54,912 nt of DNA from an uncultured Thermotogae bacterium (GCA_964614065.1 CAZTJJ010000006.1:1-54912); one strand, 5' to 3'; positions 39,789 to 49,824 are shown, counted from the first letter of the stretch. Numbers and translations are program-made. Notes: a model not told the origin generated them from the letters alone.

Positions 39789-40535
39789 GTGATCAAGTTG
39801 GAAAACGTAGGTGCAATAATTACTGGAAGTTCACGTGGCATCGGAAAAGCCACAGCTATACGACTTGCCCAAGATGGTTTTCACGTCACCGTCAACTATA
39901 GGCAAGACGAAAAAGGAGCCAAAGAAACCAAGCAAACCGTTATTGACCATGGGGGGGAAGCAATCATAGTCCAGGCAGACGTCACGAAACCACACGAAGT
40001 CCAGAAAATGGTAGAAAAAACGACAGAAGAGTTCGGTGATGTGGGCGTTCTAGTAAACAATGCCGGATTCTCCCATCACGCAACCCTAGACGAACTAAGC
40101 CACCAAGAGTGGCAGAAAGGTTTGAACGTAAACTTAACCGGTGCATTTAACTGTGCAAAGGCGGTTGCGCCTAAAATGAAAACGCTGGGTTGGGGAAGAA
40201 TCGTTAATATCAGTTCTCTAAGAGCTATGACGGGATCTGACCACGGCTCACATTATGCCTCCTCCAAGGCCGGTATCCTTGGATTGACCAAATCCTTAGC
40301 CCTGGAATTAGCACCAGAGATAACTGTAAACGCGATTTCTCCGGGCTACACTCGCACCCCGATGACAAAAGATTCTTTAAAGGAAAAAGAGGAACAAATA
40401 GCTGCCAAGATACCACTCGCCCGAGTAGCCGAATCGCCAGAGATTGCAGGAGTAATAGCATTTTTGGTATCCCACGATGGAAGCTACATAACCGGCGAAA
40501 CGATAAATGCAAACGGTGGCATATATATGCGATAA
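39789..40535 (+). CDS. SDR family oxidoreductase (FabG-like)
   Basis: TGSSRGIG Rossmann motif; catalytic S…YxxxK (YASSKAG); 248 aa. Confidence 0.85.
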   Translation: MIKLENVGAIITGSSRGIGKATAIRLAQDGFHVTVNYRQDEKGAKETKQTVIDHGGEAIIVQADVTKPHEVQKMVEKTTEEFGDVGVLVNNAGFSHHATLDELSHQEWQKGLNVNLTGAFNCAKAVAPKMKTLGWGRIVNISSLRAMTGSDHGSHYASSKAGILGLTKSLALELAPEITVNAISPGYTRTPMTKDSLKEKEEQIAAKIPLARVAESPEIAGVIAFLVSHDGSYITGETINANGGIYMR

Positions 40536-40656
40536 CAAACAAGGGTATCAGGTCAAAAGTTAGTTCATTTTCGGATACAAATCATGAGCCAAAAGCCCGA
40601 CTAAGCTCTTCTTGGCTCCCGGAGTAGCTTAACCAACATAACACTATCAGAAAGAA

Positions 40657-41838
40657 TCACCACTGCTCGATGGCGAGTTTAATTCGATCAACTGCATCCT
40701 CTAGCACGACCACACTCGGCAAATAAGCGATCCTGAGATAACCGGGCATACCAAAAGCACTGCCCGGAATGGTGACCACGCCGCTTTTTTCAAGAAGCAC
40801 TCGAGTAAACTGAGAATCGCCCGACTCATCAAGACCAACCTCCAAAAGCAAATCCCTTACATCAGGGAACAGATAAAAGGCTCCCGGAGGTATCGGGCAA
40901 TCAATCCCCGAGACCTTGTTTAATTCCTGGGCTAGAAGATCGCGTTTTCTTTTAAACTCATGTCGAATGCTTTCCGACAATGACAACTCATGAGCGAATG
41001 CAGCCTGTGCGGCCTTCTGAGAGATAGAAGACGGGCTTGAGGTAAAGTGACTCTGAATTTTCTCCAACTCAGTCATGTACTTGGCTCTACCAATTACGTA
41101 ACCCACTCTCCATCCAGTCATAGCAAAAATCTTGGAAGTGGATCCAACCGTGAAACCCTTTGTATAACCTGATGATACCTGAGTCCAAAATCTATCTTGC
41201 TGATAAGTAAAACCGTCATAACACTCATCACTGATTACGAACAGATCTTCGGACCGCGCCAAATTGATAATTTCTTCACCTTGCTCCGTATTGTAAACTC
41301 CCCCAGTCGGATTTCCCGGGCTGTTAATCAAAATTACCTTGGTCCGAGGAGTCACCTTCTCCTCTATTTCAGAAACAGAAGGCAGATAATGATTTTGGGG
41401 TGCACCTCTTGCAAACACGGGTTCGCCCCTTGATAGCCGAACCTGCGCTGGATAGCTCGGATAGTACGGTCGAGGAAGGATAACCTGATCACCTTCCTCA
41501 AGCAAAAGTTGCATTATCTCAAATAAACCTGCCTTTGCTCCAGCAGTTACTAAAATAGAGTCATCGGAAGGATCGAGCCCAAAGACTTTCTGATACCTTT
41601 GCCCAATGGCCTCACGTAATTTAATAATACCACCGGCTTCAGTATAACCAGTAAAACCAGTTTTTATCGCATCGATTCCTGCAGCTCTAGCGACCTTGGG
41701 TTCCTGGAAACTGGGGTCTCCAGCTCCCAGATCAATTACGTCCTGCCCATCTCTCATCAATTGCTTGGCTCTGTCGTTAATCTCTTGTGTCTCTGACTTT
41801 CTTAAAGATTCTATGCGACCCGCCAGCAAGGAAATCAC
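40657..41838 (-). CDS. Class I/II PLP-dependent aminotransferase (AspC/TyrB-like)
   Basis: PLP-lysine region SKIFAMTGWRVGY. Last gene of the aromatic operon (overlaps the aroQ stop by 4 nt), so a probable aromatic-amino-acid aminotransferase. Confidence 0.85.
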   Translation of the reverse strand: MISLLAGRIESLRKSETQEINDRAKQLMRDGQDVIDLGAGDPSFQEPKVARAAGIDAIKTGFTGYTEAGGIIKLREAIGQRYQKVFGLDPSDDSILVTAGAKAGLFEIMQLLLEEGDQVILPRPYYPSYPAQVRLSRGEPVFARGAPQNHYLPSVSEIEEKVTPRTKVILINSPGNPTGGVYNTEQGEEIINLARSEDLFVISDECYDGFTYQQDRFWTQVSSGYTKGFTVGSTSKIFAMTGWRVGYVIGRAKYMTELEKIQSHFTSSPSSISQKAAQAAFAHELSLSESIRHEFKRKRDLLAQELNKVSGIDCPIPPGAFYLFPDVRDLLLEVGLDESGDSQFTRVLLEKSGVVTIPGSAFGMPGYLRIAYLPSVVVLEDAVDRIKLAIEQW

Positions 41839-42269
41839 TCCTCTGTTATATGTGAAGCCAATCGGCGTAAACCGATAGCATAGCCCTCTAGCCCTTGCCC
41901 GGATATCTGCTGGACAGCAACCGGTTCTACAACTGATTTCCGTCGAAAATCCTCCCGGTTCTCTATATCGGAAATATGTACCTCGATCACCGGCAAGTTT
42001 ATCGCCTCCAGGGCATCCCTTAAACTATAGCTATAGTGAGCCAAAGCGCCAGGATTAATAAGTACACCCTTTGCTACTTTTCTGTGCTCATGTAGAAAAT
42101 CAATTATCTTTCCCTCGTGATTTGACTGAAAGAAAATTAACTGCTCATCAAGTTCTTTCGCCCGTGCGGATAACTTCTTTTCAAGAAAAGAAAGACCCTT
42201 TGACCCATAAATCTCCGGCTTTCTCTCACCTAATAGATTAAGATTGGGTCCGTTAACAACTAAGATCAT
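41835..42269 (-). CDS. aroQ: Type II 3-dehydroquinate dehydratase
   Basis: MILVVNGPNLNLLGERKPEIYG is canonical for AroQ; 144 aa. Confidence 0.9.
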   Translation of the reverse strand: MILVVNGPNLNLLGERKPEIYGSKGLSFLEKKLSARAKELDEQLIFFQSNHEGKIIDFLHEHRKVAKGVLINPGALAHYSYSLRDALEAINLPVIEVHISDIENREDFRRKSVVEPVAVQQISGQGLEGYAIGLRRLASHITEE

Positions 42270-42354
42270 AATCTCACCTCAATGGTGTGATTCCCTTCCT
42301 TATGAACATCTCCTAGGAAAGAATTGTTAATTAAATAAATAGCTTATGCTTCAA

Positions 42355-42530
42355 CCAAAACTTGCCGAGGAAGCCCTCCAGCACCCAATTAGCCCTGCTC
42401 ATATGGTCTAGGAGCACATACAATATTAGTTCCGAATTGACTACTGGGTCTTATTGTTGTAAAAGAACAACGTCCGTGGTTAAATCTGTTTTTCTACAAG
42501 CCCCGTTCCTTGGGGCGGGGCTCTTGACTG
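42355..42530 (-). repeat. Intergenic modular element, copy D, split by a ~120-bp insertion flanked by a duplicated AAGCCC
   Basis: Left module ACCAAAACTTGCCGAGGAAGCCC (42355-42377). Right module CAAGCCCCGTTCCTTGGGGCGGGGCTCTTGACTG (42497-42530). The same two modules are contiguous at 53191-53240. Confidence 0.5.
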
Positions 42531-42579
42531 GATTTGTTCATCAATTGGATTCAGCTCAGTAAGTTAGACAAAACTCTTT

Positions 42580-43677
42580 CTAGAACTGCAAATTCATGAT
42601 GAAATCAAGGGCTCCACCTATTTCAGATCTGTCCACGGGTTCTACAGATACGTCTTCTCCTATCTCGTTTACTATGACCGAATAGATAGTTTCCTCTCGG
42701 CTTTTTTTATCCTGACTTACGTATTCTAACAGGCGTCCTTGGGTAAAATCTTGTGGTATCTTTGGCAAGCTAATGCTCGTCAATGAGTCTACAACTTCCT
42801 GGAGAGTATCCTCAGATAAATTGCCTCTCCGGTAGGAAATCCATAACTCACCCACCATTCCCCAAATTACCGCTTCACCGTGCCGCATACTGCCATAACC
42901 TAGCCCCGCTTCGATCCCGTGACCCAGCGTATGGCCAAAATTGAGTACTTTTCGCAAACCGCGGTCCTTCTCGTCCCGGGTGACTATTTCTGTTTTTATT
43001 CCACAACATCGAGCTATAACTCCCTCCAGCTCTTGACAATCTTTCAATTCTTGGAACACCTGAATATTGCTTACTACCCTATTTAACAAATCCTTATCCC
43101 AAATGATACCGTATTTGAGTATCTCGCCAAGACCTGATCGGACGTCCCTGTCCGATAGCGTAGATAAGATTTCAGGATCGATCAAGACCAACCGGGGTTG
43201 ATAAAATGTGCCCACGAGATTCTTTCCTTCAGATAGATTAACCCCGGTTTTACCTCCTACACTACTGTCCACTTGGGCCAATAGAGTTGTCGGTACCTGC
43301 ACATAGCGGAGACCTCGAAGGAAAGTCGAAGCAACAAAGCCTGCCAAGTCCCCGACGACGCCTCCTCCAAATGCAACAACCACCGAATCGCGACTTAAAT
43401 TCAATTTGGCAAGATCCTGATACAGTTTTTTTGCAACCGAAATAGATTTTGACTCCTCGCCCGGAGATACTACCAATTTCACCATCCCGATATCAGTTAA
43501 CCCCAAAGAGTTGACCAGCTTCTCGCCATACAGATCATCAACATGTTCATCCGTGATAGCGACAACCTGCCTGGCGGATAAATAACTTTCGAGCCTCTCG
43601 CCCACAACAATTAAGGAACCTTCCTCGATTAGAATCGGGTAACTGCATGAATCAAGATCGACTTCAATTTTTTTCAT
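42580..43677 (-). CDS. aroB: 3-dehydroquinate synthase
   Basis: GGGVVGDLAGF NAD-binding motif and metal-binding His residues; 365 aa. Confidence 0.9.
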   Translation of the reverse strand: MKKIEVDLDSCSYPILIEEGSLIVVGERLESYLSARQVVAITDEHVDDLYGEKLVNSLGLTDIGMVKLVVSPGEESKSISVAKKLYQDLAKLNLSRDSVVVAFGGGVVGDLAGFVASTFLRGLRYVQVPTTLLAQVDSSVGGKTGVNLSEGKNLVGTFYQPRLVLIDPEILSTLSDRDVRSGLGEILKYGIIWDKDLLNRVVSNIQVFQELKDCQELEGVIARCCGIKTEIVTRDEKDRGLRKVLNFGHTLGHGIEAGLGYGSMRHGEAVIWGMVGELWISYRRGNLSEDTLQEVVDSLTSISLPKIPQDFTQGRLLEYVSQDKKSREETIYSVIVNEIGEDVSVEPVDRSEIGGALDFIMNLQF

Positions 43678-43777
43678 TCTCTCACCTTGACACTCTCAGT
43701 TAAACGAAAGAATAAGCGGTTCTTGGTTGCACCCAACCTTTCCGATACTCTAACTCTTTCCATCTAGGAGTGTAAAT

Positions 43778-44344
43778 TCACTCAACACTTCCTTCCACCG
43801 AACCTAACAAGTCATCGGGCAAACTTTCAACGACTTTTCTTATCACTTTTTGCGGTTCCGTACTATTACATTTCACCTGTATATCGGCCTGCTGATATAC
43901 AGGATGACGTTTCAATAATAATTGCTTGATTTTAGCCCGGCACTCATCCTCCCCCAAATTGGCAAGTAGTGGACGTGATCCATCAGATCCAATTCTGCTA
44001 TATGCCTCTTCCGGACCTACTTCTAGATAAATGATGATACCCGTTGAGGACATCCGAGACCAATTTTCATTATCCATAGGTGCTCCCCCACCAACTGAGA
44101 CTACTACTGGAGGGTCCTCGCTAACTTCTTTAAGCACTTCCTTCTCTAATTCTCTAAATCTAAGTTCACCATAATAGTCAAAAATCTCCGCAACAGAAAA
44201 ACGAGCTCGCTCCTCAACTATATCATCAATATCGACCCAATCCATATTTAATTTCTCTGCAAGTTTAGGGGCCACTGTGGATTTACCCGCGCCCATAAAT
44301 CCAATCAGATAAATGTTCACCAGTTCTTCCATAGGACTAATCAC
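43778..44344 (-). CDS. aroK: Shikimate kinase
   Basis: P-loop GFMGAGKST; 188 aa. Confidence 0.85.
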   Translation of the reverse strand: MISPMEELVNIYLIGFMGAGKSTVAPKLAEKLNMDWVDIDDIVEERARFSVAEIFDYYGELRFRELEKEVLKEVSEDPPVVVSVGGGAPMDNENWSRMSSTGIIIYLEVGPEEAYSRIGSDGSRPLLANLGEDECRAKIKQLLLKRHPVYQQADIQVKCNSTEPQKVIRKVVESLPDDLLGSVEGSVE

Positions 44345-45506
44345 CCCCGAACCAACTCTCCAATTTACCGATATATTCCTTGTACCGCTCGTTTATTTCT
44401 TGCATAGTGTCTCCTCCAAACTTGTCCAAAAACGCTTTCAAAACGAGGTTAGCGAGAACGGCTTCTCCGACCACCGATGCCGCTGGAACAGCACAAACAT
44501 CGGATCTCTCCTTGGCAGCGCTCTCGCTGGTTCCGGTAATCAAATTGACGGAATTTAGAGGTTTTGTCAGCGTAGGAATCGGCTTCATAGCTGCGGTCAC
44601 CACTATTGCCTGACCATTGCTGACGCCTCCTTCAATTCCACCAGCGTTGTTTGTCTTTCTATAAAACCCCCTATCTTCGTCGTGGTATATCTCATCGTGC
44701 ACTTCCGACCCTCGCTTCTCTCCAACTTCTCTGCCCAGCCCTATCTCGACGGACTTTACGGCAGGGATACTCATGAACCCCGAGGAAATTCGGCTGTCCA
44801 ACCTATCCAAAGGATCCCGATAGGAACCCAATCCCGGGGGCATTCCCGTCACAGCTACTTCAAAAACCCCACCAAGACTATCGCCCTCTTCTTTAGCAGA
44901 ATCGATTTCCCTTATTATTTCATCTTCAATCCCACTATCAATAACTCGCACAGGCGAATTTTCGGTAAGCTCGCTCCAGCTTGAAATACTAACTTTTGAA
45001 TCATCGACTACTCCCCCAATCCGGATTACCCTGCTCAGGATTTTGATCTCAAATTTGCCCAACAATGTTTTAGACAAGCCTCCAACGGCAACCCTTCCGG
45101 CAGTCTCTCGAGCAGAAGACCTCTCTAACACTTTTCTGCAATCACGATACCCCCGTTGCAGTGAACCAGCCAAATCTGCATGTCCAGGTCGTGGAAGATT
45201 CAACTCTCGACCCTCACTACCAGCTTTTTCAGGAGATACCACCTGGCGCCAGTTCTTCCAATCCCTATTTTTAACCCACAAAGTGATCGGCGTTCCCAGG
45301 GTCTTGCCATTGTAAAAACCAGACAGTATCTCCACTTCATCCTGTTCTATGTCCATTCGACTACCTCGTCCGTATCCACCCTGTCTGCGCCTGAGATCCT
45401 CGTGAATCAAATCTTTATCGTACTCGAGACCCGAAGGAAAACCTTTAACTACACTCACAATTCCCTTACCGTGCGATTCCCCAGCAGTAAAACTACTAAA
45501 TTCCAT
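44337..45506 (-). CDS. aroC: Chorismate synthase
   Basis: FTAGESHG N-terminal signature; 389 aa. Confidence 0.95.
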   Translation of the reverse strand: MEFSSFTAGESHGKGIVSVVKGFPSGLEYDKDLIHEDLRRRQGGYGRGSRMDIEQDEVEILSGFYNGKTLGTPITLWVKNRDWKNWRQVVSPEKAGSEGRELNLPRPGHADLAGSLQRGYRDCRKVLERSSARETAGRVAVGGLSKTLLGKFEIKILSRVIRIGGVVDDSKVSISSWSELTENSPVRVIDSGIEDEIIREIDSAKEEGDSLGGVFEVAVTGMPPGLGSYRDPLDRLDSRISSGFMSIPAVKSVEIGLGREVGEKRGSEVHDEIYHDEDRGFYRKTNNAGGIEGGVSNGQAIVVTAAMKPIPTLTKPLNSVNLITGTSESAAKERSDVCAVPAASVVGEAVLANLVLKAFLDKFGGDTMQEINERYKEYIGKLESWFGGD

Positions 45507-45513
45507 CGACCAC

Positions 45514-46380
45514 TCACCTCATAAAAGATTTCACGTCATTTAACATATCAATAGAATCAAATTCCGCATCCGTCCACAGCTTCAATGACTCAAGTCCCTG
45601 TAGAATCAGCATGTCCAAACCACCAATTGTCCTTGCACCCTGACTGGACGCCATCTCTAGGAAACGAGTCGGATAGGGATTATAAATCAGGTCGTAGACC
45701 ATTTGATCTGAACGAAATACGCCAGTACTATCCCATACACTTTTGTCTTCATCGCCCTTCATTCCCACGGACGTTGCATTAACTATTAAGTCCGCCTCTC
45801 GTAGCTTCTCACTCAAACCCACACGTGACAACGATTCACAGGTCAATCCAGTTCCGTTGGAATACGGAGACAATTGATTAACTAAATCCTCGGCGTTCTC
45901 CAGCGTTCTATTGGCAACCAAAATCTGGCCGGTGTTCATATGGAGTAAACCGTACACCACACCTGCAGCAGCGCCCCCGGCCCCAAAGACAAAACATTTT
46001 TTACCTCGAGGCTCAAACTCATTATATTGGAGGGACTTGATGAACCCAAGCCAATCCGTATTCTCGCCCCGCAATTTGCCATTATCCTGGAATACTACGG
46101 TATTTACCGCGGACATTGCCTTAGCGGACTTTGACAAATCGTCCATCTCATTGAGCACAGTTTTCTTATAAGGCACCGTAACGTTGAGACCACCCACGCC
46201 CAGTGCCCGGCACCCTCTAATCGCCTGGAAGACTAATTCCCGCTCGACCGAAAAAGCCAGATAGATATAATTCAGATTCAACCGATCGATAACGTAATTA
46301 TGCAACTCAGGGGATAGAGAACCGCTCACCGGATTTCCAATTAATCCTAGTAGCTGCGTAGTCGAATTAAGCTTATCCAT
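45514..46380 (-). CDS. aroE: Shikimate dehydrogenase
   Basis: LIGNPVSGSLSP N-terminal signature and GAGGAA NADP-binding motif; 288 aa. Confidence 0.9.
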   Translation of the reverse strand: MDKLNSTTQLLGLIGNPVSGSLSPELHNYVIDRLNLNYIYLAFSVERELVFQAIRGCRALGVGGLNVTVPYKKTVLNEMDDLSKSAKAMSAVNTVVFQDNGKLRGENTDWLGFIKSLQYNEFEPRGKKCFVFGAGGAAAGVVYGLLHMNTGQILVANRTLENAEDLVNQLSPYSNGTGLTCESLSRVGLSEKLREADLIVNATSVGMKGDEDKSVWDSTGVFRSDQMVYDLIYNPYPTRFLEMASSQGARTIGGLDMLILQGLESLKLWTDAEFDSIDMLNDVKSFMR

Positions 46381-47671
46381 CTTTTAGCTCCTCTAGCTTA
46401 TCGAAAAAGCCAGGGAAGGAAACCTCCACCCATTTAGGGTCGACAATTGTAGTTTTTCCGTCACTAACCTGAGCAGCAACTGCCATGCTCATAGCTATTC
46501 TATGATCCATGTAACTATCAACAGAGCCACCAGACAATGGTGCTTGACCTTCAACCACAAATCCATCCTGGAGCTCGTGGGCATCGGCTCCCAACCTTCT
46601 CAAATTGTCAACTGTTGCCTTAATCCTATCCGTCTCCTTCACTCTCAATTCCTCGGCGTCGGTTACTGTAGTAGTCCCCCGTGCCTGAGTGGCGAGAACC
46701 CCGAGCAAAGGCAATTCGTCTATAGCCTTTACCACGTCAGAGCCTGATAGCTCAACGCTCTTCAAATCGGAATAAGTAACGAAAATATCGCCCACAGGCT
46801 CCTCACTTTCCGTTCGTCGATTTTCAACTGAAACAGAGGCACCCATTTTGTTTATCAAGTCCAAAAAACCTGTCCTGGTACTATTGAGACCCACCTTCCT
46901 GATCAGTATTTCCGAACCTTCGAGAATGAGGGCGGCCGCAATGAAGTAACTGGCGGAAGAAAAATCGCCCGGAACCGTGCTGTCAATCGGACTTAATTGC
47001 TGTGGCCCATCTACCTCTATCACATTTTCCTCCACCTTTACTGGATAATCCATGGCCTTTAGCATTCGCTCGGTATGATCACGAGAAGGACCAGGCTCTA
47101 CCACTACGGTGCGACCCTCCGCAGCAAGACCTGCCAATAGCACACATGACTTTACCTGAGCACTGGCCACTTTCGGCCTGTAAACAATTCCTTTAAGGCC
47201 CCCGCCTTCTATTTTCAAAGGCGCGTGTCCGTCTTCCGAGATCACTTCCGCTTCCATCTTCTTCAAGGGAACAACAATCCGCTTCATGGGACGAGAACGT
47301 AAAGATTCGTCACCGGTAATTACGGAGGTGAAATTCTGCCCGCACAAAACCCCCGTTAACAGTCTGATTAAAGTCCCAGAATTGCCAGCATCTAAAGCAG
47401 AACCGGGCGGCGTATAGTTCATTAGACCTTTTCCTAAGACAGAAATTCCGTCATTACCATCCTGAATTTCCACTCCAAGCTGACTTAGACAACTGACCAT
47501 GCTTCTAAGATCTTCACCAGGTGCGATGTTTCTAACAAAGCTTTCGCCGGTCGCCAAACTACCTAACAATAGAGCTCTATGTGATATCGATTTGTCTCCG
47601 GGTACAGTTATCTCACCCTTCAAAGGCTTCCCACCGGTTAGTTCCAGCTGATTACTCCCACTTCCGGTCAT
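46373..47671 (-). CDS. aroA: 3-phosphoshikimate 1-carboxyvinyltransferase (EPSP synthase)
   Basis: GEITVPGDKSISHRALLLGSLA N-terminal signature; 432 aa. Confidence 0.95.
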   Translation of the reverse strand: MTGSGSNQLELTGGKPLKGEITVPGDKSISHRALLLGSLATGESFVRNIAPGEDLRSMVSCLSQLGVEIQDGNDGISVLGKGLMNYTPPGSALDAGNSGTLIRLLTGVLCGQNFTSVITGDESLRSRPMKRIVVPLKKMEAEVISEDGHAPLKIEGGGLKGIVYRPKVASAQVKSCVLLAGLAAEGRTVVVEPGPSRDHTERMLKAMDYPVKVEENVIEVDGPQQLSPIDSTVPGDFSSASYFIAAALILEGSEILIRKVGLNSTRTGFLDLINKMGASVSVENRRTESEEPVGDIFVTYSDLKSVELSGSDVVKAIDELPLLGVLATQARGTTTVTDAEELRVKETDRIKATVDNLRRLGADAHELQDGFVVEGQAPLSGGSVDSYMDHRIAMSMAVAAQVSDGKTTIVDPKWVEVSFPGFFDKLEELKDG

Positions 47672-48801
47672 TACTCAATCACCCTCGCCTGGAAACCGCT
47701 GTTAAGCATAATTTTGTTGGCCTTTTCCGCCTCAGAATGCGTCTCGAAGTAGAGGTGAAAGGTACCTCCGTAATCCTCTCGTACCTTTTGTAATTCCAAA
47801 TCTTTGAGATTGATTCCTTCGTCTGCAATTATAGAAGTTAACTCAGCCAGTGCTCCCGGCTTATCAGGGATCATAACTGCGACCTTAAAAGTTTGAGAGG
47901 AGATACCTTTGGTCGAGGCGGGCAAATTTTTTCTCAACTCCGAAACCTCGACAAACTTTTCTTCCATTTCATCATTGCCAACCAGTTCGCGGAGATCTTC
48001 CATAATATCGACAAACCTGTCAATTTCATCAGAAATCAGCTCGCCGTTAGTGGAGAAAATATCCGACCAAACGTCAAACGGTGAGCTAGCGATTCTGGTC
48101 ATATCTTTAAACCCACCACCAGCAAACTGCAGATAGTCGCAGTCTATTTGGGTCTCTCCAATACCAGTTTCTTCTTGAACCGCCTTCATCAAACCAATAG
48201 ACACTATCTGGGGCAAATGACTAATTCTTGCCACTATCCTATCGTGAGAAAAAGGAGAAAGATGCCGAGGTTCGGTCCCTAAGCCAGTCAGAAAACTTGC
48301 CAGCTTCTTGGATGATGCCGTGGGTTGTCCGTCACGAGTACATAAGACAAACACACTATTCTCGTAAAGCAGCGGATGTGCTCCCGCCATTCCTTTAATC
48401 TCTGCTCCCGTCATAGGATGGCCACCAATAAAACTACCTTGAGAACGATCAAAGTAATCCCAGCCTGTACGACAAATTTCCAACTTTGTCGATCCCAGAT
48501 CCATAACTACAGTACCTCTTTCTACCAAATCAGAAAGCTTCTTTACGTTTTGTAATACCTGATCAACTGGTGTAGCTAACACCACTAAATCCGATCCGTC
48601 TATTGACTCCTTTAAATCCTCCGGCTGATAGGCTTTGTCAAGTGTCTCCCGTCGCAAAGCAATTTTCAATTGCTTTTGAAAATCGACACCGACCACCTTG
48701 GTAGCCGGATAGAAATCCTTGACTGCTAACCCAAAAGAGCCACCCATTAGTCCCAAACCAACTATAGTTATCTGTGAAAAGTTAGTTTCCGACCTCATCA
48801 A
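47671..48801 (-). CDS. tyrA: Prephenate dehydrogenase with C-terminal ACT domain
   Basis: ITIVGLGLMGGSFG Rossmann motif; C-terminal ACT-like regulatory domain; 376 aa. Confidence 0.85.
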   Translation of the reverse strand: MMRSETNFSQITIVGLGLMGGSFGLAVKDFYPATKVVGVDFQKQLKIALRRETLDKAYQPEDLKESIDGSDLVVLATPVDQVLQNVKKLSDLVERGTVVMDLGSTKLEICRTGWDYFDRSQGSFIGGHPMTGAEIKGMAGAHPLLYENSVFVLCTRDGQPTASSKKLASFLTGLGTEPRHLSPFSHDRIVARISHLPQIVSIGLMKAVQEETGIGETQIDCDYLQFAGGGFKDMTRIASSPFDVWSDIFSTNGELISDEIDRFVDIMEDLRELVGNDEMEEKFVEVSELRKNLPASTKGISSQTFKVAVMIPDKPGALAELTSIIADEGINLKDLELQKVREDYGGTFHLYFETHSEAEKANKIMLNSGFQARVIE

Positions 48802-49823
48802 GCTTTTACCATATTGTCATGAAGAGTTTGTGAAATCTGCGCTACTTGATCCATCAAGCTGCTGAATTGTTCAAATCGCAAGGATTGAGGACCATCGCTT
48901 TTAGCTTTCTCCGGTTCGTTGTGAACCTCCACGATCATGCCGTCCGCGCCGGCGGCAATACCCGCCCGGGCCATCGGTATCACTTTGTCCCTAACCCCTG
49001 TGCTGTGACTTGGATCAATAATAATTGGCAAATGGCTCAACTCCTTAATAACCGGTACCACGGACAGATCCAGGGTAAACCGCGTTTCATCAGAAAACGT
49101 CCTAATTCCGCGTTCACATAAGATAACTCTCTCGTTTCCTTCCGACATTACGTATTCCGCAGCCATTAAAAACTCCTCAACCGTTGAAGAAAACCCCCGT
49201 TTCAGCAAAACAGGCGTACTGGTTCTCCCTACCTCTCTTAATAAATTGTAATTTTGCATGTTTCTAGCACCAATTTGCAGAATATCTGCGTATTCGTTTA
49301 CTAACTTAACCTGAGTTCTGTCCATTACTTCCGTCACCACACCCAAGCCGTTGTTATCCGCAGCCTGCCTCATATACTTGAGTCCCTCTTCGCCAAGACC
49401 CTGAAAGCTATAGGGTGAAGTCCTCGGCTTAAACGCCCCACCTCGCAGCACAGTAGCTCCATGCGATGCGACGTATTTAGCTATGGTTTCAATTTGTGTT
49501 CTTGATTCGATTGCGCAGGGACCACCCATAGTCACCGTTTCCCCACCGCCAATTTGGACACCATTTACCTCAATTACAGTATCCATCGGATGAAAATCTC
49601 TACCAGCGAGCTTGTAGGGTTCACTAACTTCAGTCACTTTTAACACCCCTTCATTCAATACCTCCAGTTCCCGGGCATCAATTCCACTTTTATCACCAAT
49701 TGCGCCCAGAGTCATATAATCGACTCCCTGAGAAAAGTGAACACTAAAACCCATTTCAACTAACTTTTCCTCGACTTGAGTAACCTGGTCTTTCGTTGCA
49801 TCTGGTTTCATCACCACAATCAT
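48798..49823 (-). CDS. 3-deoxy-7-phosphoheptulonate (DAHP) synthase, type I-beta with N-terminal regulatory domain
   Basis: N-terminal ferredoxin-like/ACT-type domain (MIVVMKPDATKDQV…) fused to a KDO8PS-like TIM barrel (GPCAIES…KPRTSPY). RBS GGGAGG precedes the ATG at 49823, which lies 1 nt after the chorismate mutase stop. Confidence 0.9.
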   Translation of the reverse strand: MIVVMKPDATKDQVTQVEEKLVEMGFSVHFSQGVDYMTLGAIGDKSGIDARELEVLNEGVLKVTEVSEPYKLAGRDFHPMDTVIEVNGVQIGGGETVTMGGPCAIESRTQIETIAKYVASHGATVLRGGAFKPRTSPYSFQGLGEEGLKYMRQAADNNGLGVVTEVMDRTQVKLVNEYADILQIGARNMQNYNLLREVGRTSTPVLLKRGFSSTVEEFLMAAEYVMSEGNERVILCERGIRTFSDETRFTLDLSVVPVIKELSHLPIIIDPSHSTGVRDKVIPMARAGIAAGADGMIVEVHNEPEKAKSDGPQSLRFEQFSSLMDQVAQISQTLHDNMVKA

Positions 49824-49824
49824 T

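Noticed and set aside
40536-40656. Bidirectional terminator between the convergent SDR and aminotransferase genes (GAGCCAA…TTGGCTC).
   Set aside because: 7-bp stem with a 19-nt loop and no flanking U/A tracts. Too weak to call.
42362-42562. ORF-track CDSs 42362..42562 (+) and 53086..53292 (+), which both translate to …AP.LGAG.LT….
   Set aside because: They span the repeated GC-rich hairpin element, and the shared peptide comes from the repeat sequence. There is no RBS or start context. The opposite-strand ORFs inside ftsH, dxr, porB and others are likewise spurious.
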